Under the pieces are notes generated by a model that ran no database searches, was not told the origin of the DNA, and saw only the letters and a list, made by a program, of their open reading frames with translations. Made by a program: the position numbers and the translations under genes. From Entomortierella parvispora E1425 (Eukaryota; Fungi; Mortierellomycota), in assembly GCA_020891255.1 (NCBI GenBank), contig BQFW01000013.1:1550001-1614000 (forward strand): DNA of 64,000 bases. Reading direction: 5' to 3'. This document shows, in pieces, positions 35,901 through 49,381 of this stretch (position 1 is the first letter of the stretch; the number at the start of each line of letters is the position of its first letter).

Positions 35901-38707
35901 TGCACCAAATCCCAAGACTCCTTCAGCGACCACGCCTGTTGCAGCAGGCAAGAAGAATGCCAAGGTCATTCGCGACTGGTGGCTCCAATACATCGCTGCG
36001 AACACGAACACCGAGGACGAATTCATGATCAGCGTCCATGGGCATATGACGGAACCAAGGCCTATGGTAATGTGATTTGAAGTTGGAGGATGATATTTTG
36101 TCGAGTCGCATTTTATTTTCCTGGAGTGGGCAACTAACATTGTACTTCTACCTGTTATTGACTCTATTTGTAGGTGTGGCACACATCTTGCATCGAGGAA
36201 TCTCCGAGGCCATTGCTGGTGGTAACTCGTACTGGGTCGCGCTATGCTCTCCAAGGAAAGCTGGACCAAGAAAAGATGATTGCTAATGGTAAGTGCCGTG
36301 ACTGAACGTCTATTTTGTCTGCTATTTCAAAGCCATTCAGTGGATTCATGTACTCATCAGAAGTTTTTTTTTATATGGTCAAATAGGATTCGGGATGGAC
36401 ATCATCGATGCATTTTCGAATGGATTTCCCAGAGACTGGAAAGAGTTGCTTGCCCGTGTTTTCCATGGCAGCCACGATGATGCTGAAGATATAATAGATA
36501 TAGAGACGGAGTCAGTAGAACCTGCTGCAGCTACTCAAGACATGGAGGGGGTTGAACAGGAGACTACAGCCGCAGCAACTGTCGAGACACCGCCTGCTGC
36601 CAATACTCGTCGCAGTAGGCGAAGGACAGCGAGTAAGGATCCACTGCCCGTAGCCCCCACCAAGCCTGCGAAACCTGCCAAAGCCGTTAAACCCGCCAAG
36701 CCCGTCATTGTTGAGCGCATGGTTGCCGTGGAGATCCCAGTCTATCGATCCCCAAAGTCAGCACCAGCTCAGGCAGGTCCGTCTCGTCGCACTTCTGCTC
36801 GTATTTCGGTCGATCTGACAACGCCTGTGCGTGAGCTCAGGTCATCTCAAGCAGCAGCAGCAACAGAAGTGGAATCAATAACTCTTGACGTGGCGGACGA
36901 AGCTGGTGAAGCGGGTGAAGCTGATGCAGGAGAACCAGGACAGCAGGATGATATCGATATGGCTGAAGTCGACCAAAGTGACTCTGTAATGTCCAGGATC
37001 CTTGTTGAATCAACTCCAGTCCCCGAAGAGACGGCTCCTACCAATACAGAGACGACCCCCATCCCTATGGAGACGACACCTACTCCCATGGAAATGACCC
37101 TGGTCCCTGAGTTTGCCACGGCCCTTTCAGAGACTACCCCGGTTCCTGAAGAGACTACCCCGGCTCCTGAAGAGACCACTCCGGCTCCTGAAGAGACCAC
37201 TCCAGCTCCTGAAGAGACCACTCCGACTCCTGAAGAGACGATTCCAGTTCCCGTAGAGACGACTCCAGTTCCTTTAGAGACAACTCCGGCTCTTGTGGAA
37301 ACGACTCAATCTCCCGTAGAGACCACCTTGGGCCCTGTAGAGATTATCCCCGTTCCCGCAGAGGCAACCCCGGATGAACTAGAAACGGCTGGTACTTTTG
37401 CCGAGGCAGAGCCGGCTGTGATCGAGCCCGAGGATGAGCCAGTAACATCTGACAATGCAGAGAACGTGGATAACAATCAAGGACTGTCCAGAGGCGATAA
37501 CGGCGGAACTGAAGAAGTGGAATTGCTGAAGGATCAAAAAACTCGCGTGAACTCTAACTCTGTGCCACTTTCAGCAGAGAACATCGAGGAATTACTCTTT
37601 GGAATTGACACCGTGATGGATGAAGGCGAACCTCTCGAGGAGGATCAGATGGAAGACGCAAACTCCATGGAGGAATTCTTCAAAGAGTCGAGCAATATCG
37701 GAACGGAGGAACCCTCGATAGAGCCATTGGTCGAGCCACAAGAAGACCGTCGTCATAGCAGCCTGTTCAAATCGCTCTCCTCCATTTCAGCCTCCTCGCA
37801 AACGATGATTCCTTCTGCAATGGATGGTCTTGAAGGACCTACTGAGAGCGAAATGTTTGACGCGTCATTCTCGCAGGAACACACCATGATGTCAGCCCAT
37901 GATATGACAGAGCTGGGACCAGGGATCGAATCGACCATCGAAAAGATCTCTCTTGGTATCTTTGGCACAGACTTTAACAGCAACTTTCGAAACGACACCA
38001 GCATTCACGGCTCCATCAGCGACTCAATGCGGGACTACTACCATGAGTCGGAGACCGAGCCCCATGACCTTCGGTCTTTGATGGGTCTGGATGATGAGCA
38101 GGCGCTGGGTGATCTCTCGGAGCATGCATTGGCAGCCTCTGTCAATGGCATCGACTTGAATCAACTCCAGCCTTTAGATGAGCTTGCAGGGAGTGAAGGG
38201 TATACTATGGACCACACCACCTCGATGGCAGATCAGATCTTGCAAATGTCTACCAGTCGGGATGCAGATGCAGATATCAACGCGATGCTTGTGTCGGATA
38301 TGTCGGGGGACGCGGACCCTGCAAATGTCCTCATCACGGAGTCTGACAGCAACGAAGCGACAGATCACACCGTCAAGGGTACCGAATTAACCGACACAGA
38401 CACAATGGAGAGTGTCGTTCGAGACGCGACTGATTTACAGAGCCAGTCACCGGGAAGGGCTTCCAAACGAAGGAGTCTCAGTCATCCTGTTGATGATGAT
38501 GAACTCAACGGTGGGTCAACTTCTCAACGGAGCGAAAGATCGAATGATGGATCAAGTGACAGGAGGAAGCGGCGACCCTTGAGCTCGACCCCTGACCCCA
38601 CCATCGAACGAATGGCTTTCCCTCCCGTGCTGGTGTACACCCCATCCAGGACAATACGAGTACAGGACATTCGTTCCCGAGACCGCGCCAACAAAAGAGC
38701 ACATTGA
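32919..38707 (+). CDS. SANTA-domain protein, KNL2/M18BP1-like, ~1800 aa, otherwise repetitive and disordered
   Basis: Five phase-consistent exons: 32919-33419, 33508-34587, 34678-36066, 36174-36288, 36387-38707. Exons 3-5 splice to IRDWWLQY…ISVHGHMTEPRPMVWHTSCIEESPRPLLVVTRTGSRYALQGKLDQEKMIANGFGMDIIDAFSNGFPRDWKELL, which matches the SANTA pattern (DW…V.G…W.(S/T)S.I…T..G..Y.L.G.LD…GF…F..GFP..W). Confidence 0.82.
33742..34182 (+). repeat. Coding minisatellite, 21 units of 21 bp (PVLPGQP grading to PVLPEQS)
   Basis: Counted directly; consensus ccagtgttgccaggacaacca. Confidence 0.95.
37024..37390 (+). repeat. Coding 21-bp repeat encoding E-E-T-T-P-A-P-like heptads
   Basis: gaagagaccactccggctcct-like units, degenerate towards both ends. 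Confidence 0.85.
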
Positions 38708-39212
38708 TTGCCTGTATAATATTCTCTCTTATTTTGGTTTCATCGCCTTTGATTTCCTAAATAAAAAACAAGTCGAAGCAAAGCTGACCCTCAATGACAA
38801 ACACAGTAACACACAGCCATTCCAAGTTTTGAGCGACATGCAACAAGACCAAACACAGAGATGGAACTGAATAAAAATATTGTTTGAATTTTCGATTTAT
38901 TTTACAAGGGCCGACCCGAGCAAAGAGGCTGAACGAGGGCGATTAGAAATGAGAAAAAGGGATCTTTTTTACGGTGCTATACAAAAAAGAGCAGGAATAC
39001 AAAGACAGAGTCCGTAGAAAGGCCATATGAAGCTTGAAGACTTGCGGGAACCAAGGAGTTAAAAAGACTTGAGACACGACAAGAGCAACGAGACAAATTT
39101 GGCCCCGGCTCTGACCAAGAAGAGACCCTGGAAACCGTAGACCACTCGAGAGAGAGTGGTGGGAAGGGAAGGGCCTCGTCTTGAAGACTTGATATTTTTG
39201 GATTCCGAGCGC

Positions 39213-40455
<1,243 letters not shown>

Positions 40456-41277
40456 ATGCTATCTCCTGGATAGTACTTTGTAATCCTCAATTACTCCATT
40501 ACCCTCCCCAACATCTCTCCCTCTCCCGTTGTATCATTAATCTTCAAAACACAGTCAAAGAACTGGCGACCCCTTCACCAAACGTAGAAGCGGTCCTTGC
40601 TTTTTTTTTTTTTTTCTTTTTTGTGGCTATTGTGCTTCCACCTTGTACAGCAAAGAAATGAAATAAAAAAAGACGCCGCGCATTTCAAACACAAAACCAG
40701 ATCGCAATTGCTGATATGCAAGTATGAAGAAAGTTGAATAGAGGATAAAGGAAGGAAGGGGGAGTGATGTGTCATTGATTGGTCGAAATATTTCATCTCG
40801 ACGCGTTTCAATGGAAATCAAAACAGACAATTCAGAAATGTCGGAGGTGAGGAGTGCAGTGGGATCAAGCGAGGTGATGAAGGTTCCTGGAAACAGGGAC
40901 CATGGAGAGTCAATACGGCACAGTGGGAAGAAGTGACAGCCTCGGCTGGGTGATCATCCCCAGCGCCAGGGGTGTGGACCCTTCATTCCCTTTGACCAAA
41001 GCAAAACACGGCGCGAAGGTGCTGCTCCGGCTGAGAAGCGACAAAAAAAAGAGCCCCGTGACTAGAAGAAGGGAGGATCGCACGGGCTGCGCCACGGAGA
41101 TCATCTCTCTGTGAGTGTGATTGAAGGAAGGGGAAGGGACCATCCAACCATCCAGCTCCATCCAGCTCCCATCCTGTCCACCCCTTCCCCTGACTCGGCA
41201 TTCTCTCGGTCCCCCCCTCCTCTCTCCCGTTTCCGCATCCGACCGACCGTCAGGATAACAACTCACCATCCAATTGA

Positions 41278-43500
41278 ATGTCAATCATGTCAGAAGGCGT
41301 TGGTGGCCCTATTCCAAACATGGGCTCGATGGCCCTGCCACCGTCATCATCCACAACAACAACCTCTGTCCAGATTGGGCCCACACCTCCCTTGACAGAA
41401 GCGCAGCGGACGGCCCTGGAGGGACATATGCATCGGGACTCTGTTTTTCTCGCGGCCTTTGAACAACAAAGGCAACGACAGAGTGCGCTGCTGATGGAGA
41501 AACAGCGCGAGCTTCAACATGCGGCTCAGACAAGGGTGGCATCGTACGGTCCAGGCTACAACCCCTCGTTTGGCAATGGATCAGGGCAACTGTCAGCCCA
41601 TGGATTCCATCCCCCAGGAAGTCATCCCCACATCATTTACCCCTCGCAACGGAAGCGGTCCCGCAAGTCAAAAGAGTTTTCATTGTAAGCATGACCTTTT
41701 TTTTGTGTTTTTTTGGGAGGCGAAATATCATGTTGACATAACTGTCTGCATTTGACCTGAAGAACTAACACTCGTTTTAATTTACCGGGATATCTTGGGA
41801 ACTCAACAGTCGAAAGGCATCACTGGAGGAGCAGGCACAAAAGGAGGATGTTCTCGTACCGATTCGTCTTGAGATTGAAGTGGACGGTCTGATTCTTCGT
41901 GATACCTTTACTTGGAACCTGCATGGTAAAAAAAAAGCCTCCCAGGACCTTTTTTTTTGCGTTGTTCGTCGCTCTTCAGGCTTTGGCTGTGTTACTGACT
42001 GGTGCAAAACACCAAGCTACTCGAACTCACCGTACGACTTTTTTTTTTTTTTTTTTTTTACTATTTTCAAGAATCCTTGATTACGCCTGAACACTTTGCG
42101 GAAGTGATGTGCGAGGACATGCAGTTTTCACCACAACAGTTTGCACCCCTCATCTCCAAATCGATCCGGGAACAGATTCAGGACTACCACCTTCCAGTGA
42201 TTGCCACCCCAAACCCACCTCTAGCCGAGGGAGAACCTGGATCTGCCGTTGTGGAGGAGAAACCAACACAAGAACTACGAATTTTAATCAAGGTAAAAAA
42301 AAAGCAGCAGCAGCAGAGCAGAGAAAAGGCAAAAAACAGAGGAGGTTGGAGTGACTACGGACATTCAGAAAAGCCCCTGATCAAAGACACTGACTTGGCT
42401 CCTGCCCTTGTTGTAGATCGATATTACTGTCGCTAATACCTCACTTGTGGACCAATTCGAATGGGATATCTCATGTCCTAATAATGACCCCGAGCACTTT
42501 TCAGAGGTGCTCGCTAACGAACTTGGACTCGGCGGAGAATTCCGGTAAGGAGATATGAAAAAGATGAGCAAACCCTCGGAGGACGCGGAGGCTGTATACG
42601 CTTTGAAGCAAAAGAAAGAAAAAGAAATGTCACTCACCAAGACCACCTTTTGATTGCCACACGTCTCTTTAGCACTGCAATTGCACATTCGATCCGAGAA
42701 CAAGTACAGATTCACACGAAATGTCTCAACTTGATCGGCTACAACTATGATGGCAGTTCGGTCCATGACGAGGATCTCCGCACCAGCTTCCTTCCCAAAA
42801 TCACCACCATCCTCCGAGAAGAAGAATCTGTGGAGCAATTTACACCGATCCTTGAGAAGCTTACTGAACCCGAAATCGATAAACTGGAGCGGGACCGTGA
42901 ACGAGACAAGAGGTAAGCAATGGTTATATGGAGTATTTTATCTATCATGGAATGAGCCCCATATGAACGAAAAAAGACTAAACATTTCTATCTGATGGTG
43001 ACCTGAATAGACGAAAGAGGAGACAAACCCGTGGTCGTAGAGGCGTTATTTTGCCTGATAGAGAACCTTCCAAGACCAAGCGGACGTTATTACACCATGG
43101 ATATATGCCCGAGCCCTCAGATTCAATGTTGGATCCTCAGAGCGATATGGCAGCTCATAACCGGGCAGGACCCACGACGAGGAGGACAGCAACGATGGCT
43201 CAGGATCATTCACCACTCGGGGCCAATATCTCTGCGGCTGCAACTATGGCTGGCCAGGGCACACCGTCACATTACCGGCTAACACGGAAACTGAGGGGCA
43301 CAGGTTCGGATCTCTCGGCCCATCACTTGGGATTGCCAGGAGCGTCGAATCTGGGCGGTGGGGGAATGGCAGGAGGCTTTTCAAGAGAGTCGCTTCATGG
43401 ATCTAAAGAAAAGCTGATGGCGAACAGTCATCAAAACCACATGCATTCCCCCATGATGCGGGAAACAACACCGGTGTATAGCATCAAGGAAGGAGAATAA
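41278..43500 (+). CDS. SNF5: SWI/SNF subunit Snf5/SMARCB1
   Basis: Multi-exon gene with [82 protein letters not shown] and [21 protein letters not shown]. Confidence 0.92.
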
Positions 43501-44145
43501 CCTATCCTTCCTGCTTGTATTGAACAAAAACAAAAAATAATAAAAAAAGCAATAGAAAAAAAAGAGGGCATTGGATCGACGACAGTAGAAAGACAGGTCT
43601 TTGTGTGAATCATGGAAAGCACTGTGGACGTTGCTCTTTGTGCGACGTTGATTGAAAAAAAAAATTGAAGCGCTCTGTGCAAAGACAACCGGCATGATGC
43701 ACGATGATGAAAAAAGTGACCTTCAGCAAACATGACTGGATCGAGCACTTTTTGGGGGGTGGTCTTGTGAGGAACGACGGGCCCTGGTAATGATATCTCC
43801 ATCTTGAAGATATCGGTAAAAAAGAAACAAAGAAAACAACATTCCCGCTCGAGCACATTTCGGCATTGAATTATGTTGCCTCGTGCAGGATCGATCGGAA
43901 TGAAAAATAAAAAAAAATAAAAAAATAGAGGATCGCGTTGAACTTGGGGGGGTGGACAGACCCCAACAGAGCAAACAACCTCCGTCCCCTGTTTCCCTCT
44001 CTTTTTTTTCATTTCAGCTGTTTCCCTCACTCGACTCGTCTTGCCAGCAAGAAAACCTTCCGTTCCCTCCAGTTCCTTTTCTCTCCTCTCCTTCTGTTCC
44101 TCTGTCGTCTTTGATCTTCTCAGAACAAACCCCCAAAATACAGAT

Positions 44146-46634
44146 ATGACGAGGCGTTCAAGACAAAATCAACGAGGTGGAGGAGCAGCTCAGGCACAAC
44201 CCACGCCCAATCCAGCGCCTGCTCCAGTTCAGAACAGTCCCCCAGCACCACCACCACCACCACCCCCAGCAGTTTCATCTCCCCCTCTCTCGACCACAGC
44301 CAGCCCCACGGGCAGTGTGCTCTTGCCCCCTGTCGAGATTGAGATCAGTCCCAGACATTCATTCCATTCCAGCTATTCCTCATCTTCTATCCAACAGGCT
44401 CGTTCTCGAGGAAGGCGGGCCAGCGCGACGACCAGCGACGAAGAAGAGGAGGAGGAGGACGAGTATGAGGACCCGATCAATGAACATCCGGTGGAAGAAG
44501 AGGTAGGAAGTCATCATCAACACTTTGACCGACATCACCATTATGACCGCCATCATGAATACCACCCGCAATCGTCCTCCCAACGCAAGAACCGGGGTCT
44601 GTGGTCAAAACAAAAAGTACATCTGTCCGAATCAGCGACAGGCGGCGATCCATCGCTGGACGACATCGAAACCTCTGTGCCTCGCTCGGGTCCGGTGGAA
44701 AGTGGTGTGGGTGGTGGCAGTGGCGGATTGAGGCGGTCGGTCAGCAAAGCAAGCATCACGGTCAAGTCGCGCAGTTGCTTCGGTCGCCTTCGACGATCGC
44801 CCAACTTTATCTTGTTCACGGTGTTTTTGGCTCTTTTTGTCGACATGGCCACGGTAAGCTCTTTTTTTTTTTTGGCTTTTTTTTTGGCTTTTTTTTTGTT
44901 GTTGTGTAGAATGATATTTGTTTCCCTTTCCTTCCTTCCTTCCTTCCTTCCTTCCGTCCTTCCTTCCTTCCTTCACTAAATGCCATTGCCTGCTCTTTCC
45001 TTCTTCGCCTACAGTATGGAATCATTGTGCCCATCATTCCCTTCATCGTCTCTGACAAGATCAGCGGTGGCGCAACCGACACTGGACTCTTGTTGGCAAT
45101 GTACGCCATCGGCATCTTGCTGTCCTCCCCTATCTTTGGGATCCTCGGCGACAGTTTTGTATCCCGTCGTGTCCCCATGTTGATTGGACTCGCAGGAATG
45201 TTGGTCTCCACAGTCTTGTTCATGGTCGCCACAAACTTTTACGTCTTTTTGGCCGCGAGACTGTTGCAGGGTGTGGCAGGGGGTTCAGTCTGGACATTGG
45301 GCCTGGCCTTGATCACCGATGTGTTTCCGGCCCATACGTTGGGGGTCCAGATGGGCAAGGCTTTGATAGGCTATACCCTCGGACTGATGATGGGACCTCC
45401 CTTGGGTGGCATCTTGTACGAGCGGGGTGGGTACCAGGCACCCTTCCTGTTTATCTGTGTGCTCACGTTGATTGATTTCGGATGCCGTGCCCTGATCATT
45501 GAGGAGCGGGAAGAGATTGTCAAGGCCTTGAAAGAGCAAGGCAAACAGGAAGAGGCCAATGAAGAACAAGCCGAGCTCGTGGCCATGCGCAAGAAGGAAC
45601 GTGAGCAGGACTCGACCAGCTTTTGGAAGCTGTTGCAGAACAAGCGTTTGCTGGCCTGTGTGGTCGTGACGGCCTGTAATGCCTTTGTGTTCTCGGGCGC
45701 TGAACCGACGGTGCCTTTGCATCTGGCGTCCACATTTGATTTCACCTCTGGCAAGATTGGGATGGTTTTTATGGCCTTTTCCTTGCCCACCCTCACAGCT
45801 CCTCTTTCAGGTAAAGAAAAAACTTTGTTGATCAGTGTTTTTCTAATTACTTTTGATTTTGATTGAATTTTTTTTTTTTTTTATCTTTTTATCCCTCCTC
45901 CTCCTTCTTGGATCTCTTCCGTAGGCGCCTTGTCGGATAGGTTTGGTGCCAAGATTGTGTGCCTGATTTCCCTCATCGTCTGTGCGACCTGCGCGGTGAT
46001 CCTTGGTTTTTTAGCACACTCACTGGCCATGATCATCTTCTTATTCACCCTGATCGGCATGACGGGCACCGCGATTTTGACCCCCGTCCTGGGAGAACTC
46101 TCGGCCGTCGTCCGCATCACCGGTCAAGGCGACGGTTTCGCACGGGCCTATGCCATCTTCAACATGGCCTTCTCGATCGGTGTCCTGGTGGGTCCTGTGA
46201 TCAGTGGCCTGGTCTTTGAGAACTTTGGTTTTGAAATCATGACCTTCACCATGGCGGGCGTCCTCCTCCTTGCCGTGCCTGTGGTCGTGCTCTGGATCGG
46301 CGATCTGGCGCAAAAGAAACGTGATTTGGCGAAATACAAAGAAGACGAGGACCGTCGTCGTATGGGCTGGCCTCGCTCGTCCTCTCGTTACAACCTTGAG
46401 TTTATGGAAACGACGGATGATGCGGAATTGGGTCGGAAAACAACGCGCCAACAGCGACAGGAGTTGTCGGGGGTGAGTCCTCCTAGCTTTGATGCTGTGG
46501 TCGTGGAAAAGAACTTGGAGGATGAATTGGCCCATGACTTGAGCAAGGATGTCGATGCCGAAGAACAAAAACGTGTACCTATGGGTGATATCCTCAAGTC
46601 GGCACGAATGGACGATCCAATCTCTTCATGTTAG
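44146..46634 (+). CDS. MFS transporter, SLC18/vesicular amine transporter-like
   Basis: Three exons. The N-terminus is Pro/His-rich and disordered, followed by hydrophobic helices with FGILGDSFVSRRVPML, ARLLQGVAGG and LSDRFGAK motifs. Confidence 0.88.
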
Positions 46635-46848
46635 GCATTCCACGGATCATAGAAAATTATTAAAAAAAAAATCAGCGTCAAATATCTTGGAGTTTCAAAT
46701 ATTTATTATTACATGTTGGCAAGAAAGGAGAATGACAAGCAAGCATCCCAACATGCTGATGATGATGATGGGAGGAGGGTGATGGAGATGCATGGAGGAA
46801 CAACAAAAAGGCGGAGTGAATCGAGACGGCGGAAACGGAAGGAGATTT

Positions 46849-48873
46849 TTAAAGCTGCTCCAAACGCTTCTGGATCTCGGAAATCATGTCAGCGCGGGAA
46901 TATTCGAGACCTCCCTTCTGGGACTCGTCCTTGGTGCGCATGTCCTTGATCTTGATCACTCCCTTCTCAATCTCCTCGCCTCCGACAATGACAGCCAAGG
47001 GAATCATGTCACGGTCGCAGACATCCCACTGGTTCTGAGTACGGGGCTTCAACTTGTAGGCAAACTCGGCCTTGATGCCAGCATCCCACAACTCTGTGCA
47101 AATCTTCATTCTCTCCTCCACAGACACACCTCCGAGTCCGACCACGTAGACCTGAACCTCGTTACTCTTGATCTCGTCCTTCTTTTGCTTCTGCATCAAG
47201 ATCGAGAACACACGCTCGACACCGATCGAGACACCGACACAGGGGATCACCAAGTTGGGGAGACCCTTCTTGTTTGTGCCAGAGAACATACCCACCAAGT
47301 TGTCGTAACGTCCTCCAGCAGCAACGGAACCGACACCGACAGTGCTCTCGTCCAATTCGTCCGTGCCCTTCTTGACAGTGGCTCTAGCCTTCTCGCCGTT
47401 AGCCAAGGCTACGCATAGAGAAAAATGGATCATTGGTTAGGGGACAGCGCGACCCAAAGAGTTTCTCGCAGTTCTTTCTGAGGCAAAGCTCATGCACTTA
47501 CTTGGGGGAGCAGATCCCTCGAGAACAGCTTCGTAGATCAATCCAGTGTAGTAATCCAAACCACGGGCCAACGACAAGTCAAAGGAAGTGTACTTGGTCA
47601 CGTTCAAGACGTTCAAGTACTTGAACAAGAGAGTCATATCATCCAAACCCTCCTTGGCGCGAGCGTTCGTGCTCAACTTGGCATCGCTATAGAGACGCTC
47701 CAACAACTCCTCACCTCCCTTGAGCTGAACGTACTCTCCAATCAAATCAGCCACAGCGGGGTCCAAGCCCTTCTCCACAGTCATCTCCTTGCGCACCTCG
47801 AGCCAAGGCAACTTGTCCAACTTGTCCACAGCCGACGAGATGGTGCGGATCTTGTCCTCGGGAACACCGCACACGGCGAAAATACCGTCCAGAATCTTGC
47901 GGTGGTTGATCTTGATCGTGAAATCGCCCAAGTCCAAAGCCGACAAGCACTCTGAGAGCACACGCAAAATCTCGGCATCAGGGATCATGGCATCATAGGT
48001 TCCAGCAATATCGAAATCCTAAAAGCAAAATCGATCCCGGGAGATGGAAAAAAACAAATGTTGGGGAATGGTTAGATGATGTGAGCAGAGTTGTCAAACC
48101 CCTCCGTCTTGTCTCCAGATCATGTCGTCCTTTGTCCTTACGCATTGGAAGAACTCTCTCATGCGACCCTTGGTCATGGCAGGCTGGTCACGACGGTAGA
48201 CCTTGGCAATGTGGTAACGCTTAATGTTCTGGTACTCCTTTCCGTTCATGGCCAAGAAACGGGCGAAAGGGACAGTCAGATCGTAACGAAGGGAGCACTT
48301 CTCGCCTCCTTGATCCTCGAGGTCGTAAATCAACTTGCTGTCCTCGCCATACTTTCCAGAGAGAATCTCCTTGAGCTCAAAGACTGGGGTATCGATGGTG
48401 ATGCCTCCGTGCTTCTTGAAAACTGAAATGATGGTCGAGAAGATCTTTTCCCTGACAGCCATCTCCTGGGGCGAGTAATCCTTGGTGCCCTGTTATTTTT
48501 GAAGCAAGAATAAACATAACGGACAAGGTGGTGGTGAGTCACGGCAAACAAGCAAAAAGCAAAGAAAAGGAAAAGCTCATGAGGCAAGGAAGAAAAGAAA
48601 TCAACAATGGGACAAAGAAGAAAAAGAATGTACCTTGGCGTTCTTGAGAGTAAAGACTCCCTTGCCCTTCTTTTCTTCTTCAGCCTTCTTCTTGGACTCC
48701 TTGGGCTTGACCTCAGGGACGATGCCGTCCTTGGGCAAAAGAGCATCGCGCTCGGCCTTGAGAGCATTCAAAGTGGCGACCTCAGTGGTGATCTGCTCCT
48801 TGGGGGCCTTCTCAGCCTTGAGTGAGCGGACGACGTCGGCCTGGGCGGTGATGCGTTGTTCAATGTCCTCCAT
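46849..48873 (-). CDS. HTS1: Histidyl-tRNA synthetase with N-terminal WHEP domain
   Basis: [15 protein letters not shown] (WHEP), LKNAK|[48 protein letters not shown] and GVERVFS. Confidence 0.96.
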
Positions 48874-49381
48874 GGTGGGTGGGTGATTAAGAGAAAGTGG
48901 GGAATGAAAGATTGAATGGATGAACGAATGCTGAGAGGTTGAAGGAGATTAAAAAAAGGAAACAAACGGCGAACGAAAATGTGACTGCCAATGTCCCTGC
49001 ATTTCGATGACTCTACGCTTTCTGGCCATGCGCGTCTTTTCTAGGCTAGGCTGCTCTCCCCAGAGTTGCATCAGCGGGGGCGCAGACCGAGCTTTCTTCT
49101 CTTTCCTAGAGATCAGAAACTCCACTAGCTGTATACTGGGCCATGGCTGTTATTATTGTAACCACTTTGCCTATCCTAATGACTGAACAAATGTCATTTT
49201 TTTATTCAAAGAAAAGAGTAATTGCGCACCACACACCGTCCAGCTGCAAGGCTGTGAACAGATGGCAAAACAGGACACCAGATAATAGAAATGTTCAAGC
49301 CGATCCGTCTCTGTGCCAATGACGTGGAAACTTCTTCAATTGAGTTTGTCGCAATTGATAATACTTGGAAAAGACGTTTTT

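Noticed and set aside
40456-40480. H3 3' hairpin as a metazoan SLBP histone stem-loop
   Set aside because: It has a 5-bp stem and 5-nt loop without the consensus sequence, and it is not present in the other three histone genes.
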